Shown: positions 63,076 to 64,000 of the stretch, in pieces | Numbering within the stretch: position 1 is the first letter of the stretch | Layout: each line of letters begins with the position of its first letter | Assembly (NCBI GenBank): GCA_026025075.1 | Contig: JAPEUI010000060.1 | Location: 1-64,000, forward strand | Reading direction: 5' to 3' | Source of the DNA: Vezdaea acicularis | Taxonomy: Eukaryota | Length of the DNA stretch: 64,000 bases | Notes under the pieces: model-generated | Told to the model about the DNA's origin: nothing | What the model saw: only the letters and a program-made list of their open reading frames with translations | Databases searched by the model: none | Position numbers and translations under genes: made by a program

Positions 63076-64000
63076 ATGAATCGATTCAGCAATCTGGAAC
63101 AGCGGCTACCGTTCGAAAACAAGCGCCTTGCAACAAAGATTCTCATATCTTATATCCTCGACTATGCCATAGTCATTCTATTCATCATCGGTTTTCTTGT
63201 TCTCGACAAAGTTGAGCCTTTCCACCAACACTTCTCCCTACGGAATTATACCCTCCAGTATCCCTACAAGGCCAAAGACACGATATCGATTGATCTTGCT
63301 GCTTTCTTAGCTGTCGTAGTACCTGCAATCATCATAGCCATCTTTGCACTAGTCATCGATGGCCTCTTTTCGCATAAGAAGCCTTCAGCTGAACCGCAAG
63401 GCCGAAGCCGTATCTTCACTAGAAGGTATACCTGGAAAAGTCGCGTTTGGGAACTGAATGCTGGTATACTCGGACTCTTGCTATCAACGTCGTTGACATT
63501 TGCGATCACGAACGCTATGAAGAATGCCACAGGAAAGCCACGTCCGGACTTCGTTGCTAGGTGTCTACCCGTGGCTGGCGCAGCCGATGCTCTAGTTTTC
63601 GGTCTATCAAATAGCACCATCTGCACACAAACGGATCATGCTATTCTAAAAGATGGATTTAGGTCCTTCCCAAGCGGTCATAGTAGTAGTGAGTCTCCCT
63701 CCTTACCATGCTCATGATGAATGTCGCTGAAATCGCAGTTTAGCTTCGTTCGGGGGACTTTTCTTCCTTTCCCTGTATTTAGCAGGCAAGCTTCATATCT
63801 GGGATACCAGAGGTCAAACTTGGAAAGCGTTTGTTGTGGCTATTCCTAGCTTAGGAGCTGCCTTGATCGCCATCAGCCGTATTGAGGACGCTCGACATCA
63901 TCCCTTTGACGTCCTGTTCGGAAGCTTCCTCGGTATAATCATTGCGTGGGGATCCTACAGACAATATTTTCCAGCCCTAAGTGAGCCTTGGAAGAAAGGG
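63076..64000 (+). CDS. PAP2 lipid phosphate phosphatase (DPP1/LPP1-like), runs off the window end
   Basis: C1 KNATGKPRP, C2 SFPSGHSS and C3 SRIEDARHHPFDV motifs; intron ~63689-63743. Confidence 0.92.

Overview
Gene-dense genomic DNA from a filamentous ascomycete (Pezizomycotina-type short GT-AG introns with CTRAC-like branch points), with about 21 protein-coding loci read by hand. Housekeeping genes: Ric8 GEF, Rif1, glucose-6-phosphate 1-epimerase, RTA1-like, rhodopsin/PTH11-like membrane protein, HYPK-like, class II DAHP synthase, BRCT protein, lysophospholipase, Dicer-like 2, DUF3405, PIG-S/GPI17 and a PAP2 phosphatase. Accessory-looking elements: (i) a tandem pair of secreted proteins sharing an 8-Cys core I do not recognise (14.1-16.1 kb); (ii) a possible immunity-enriched block (33.8-50.9 kb) holding an intronless YtcJ-type amidohydrolase tail-to-tail with a MACPF-signature gene, a secreted Thr/Cys-rich protein, an intact NACHT-ankyrin NLR with highly conserved 99-bp repeats, and Dicer immediately upstream of the NLR; (iii) a C2H2 zinc-finger gene with 111-bp and 78-bp coding tandem repeats and an in-frame TAA between its two fingers; (iv) a CVNH lectin with a second exon the ORF track does not join. 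No tRNA, rRNA, CRISPR array or transposon could be supported. Family calls come from motif recognition only, no searches were run, and intron coordinates marked ~ are approximate.
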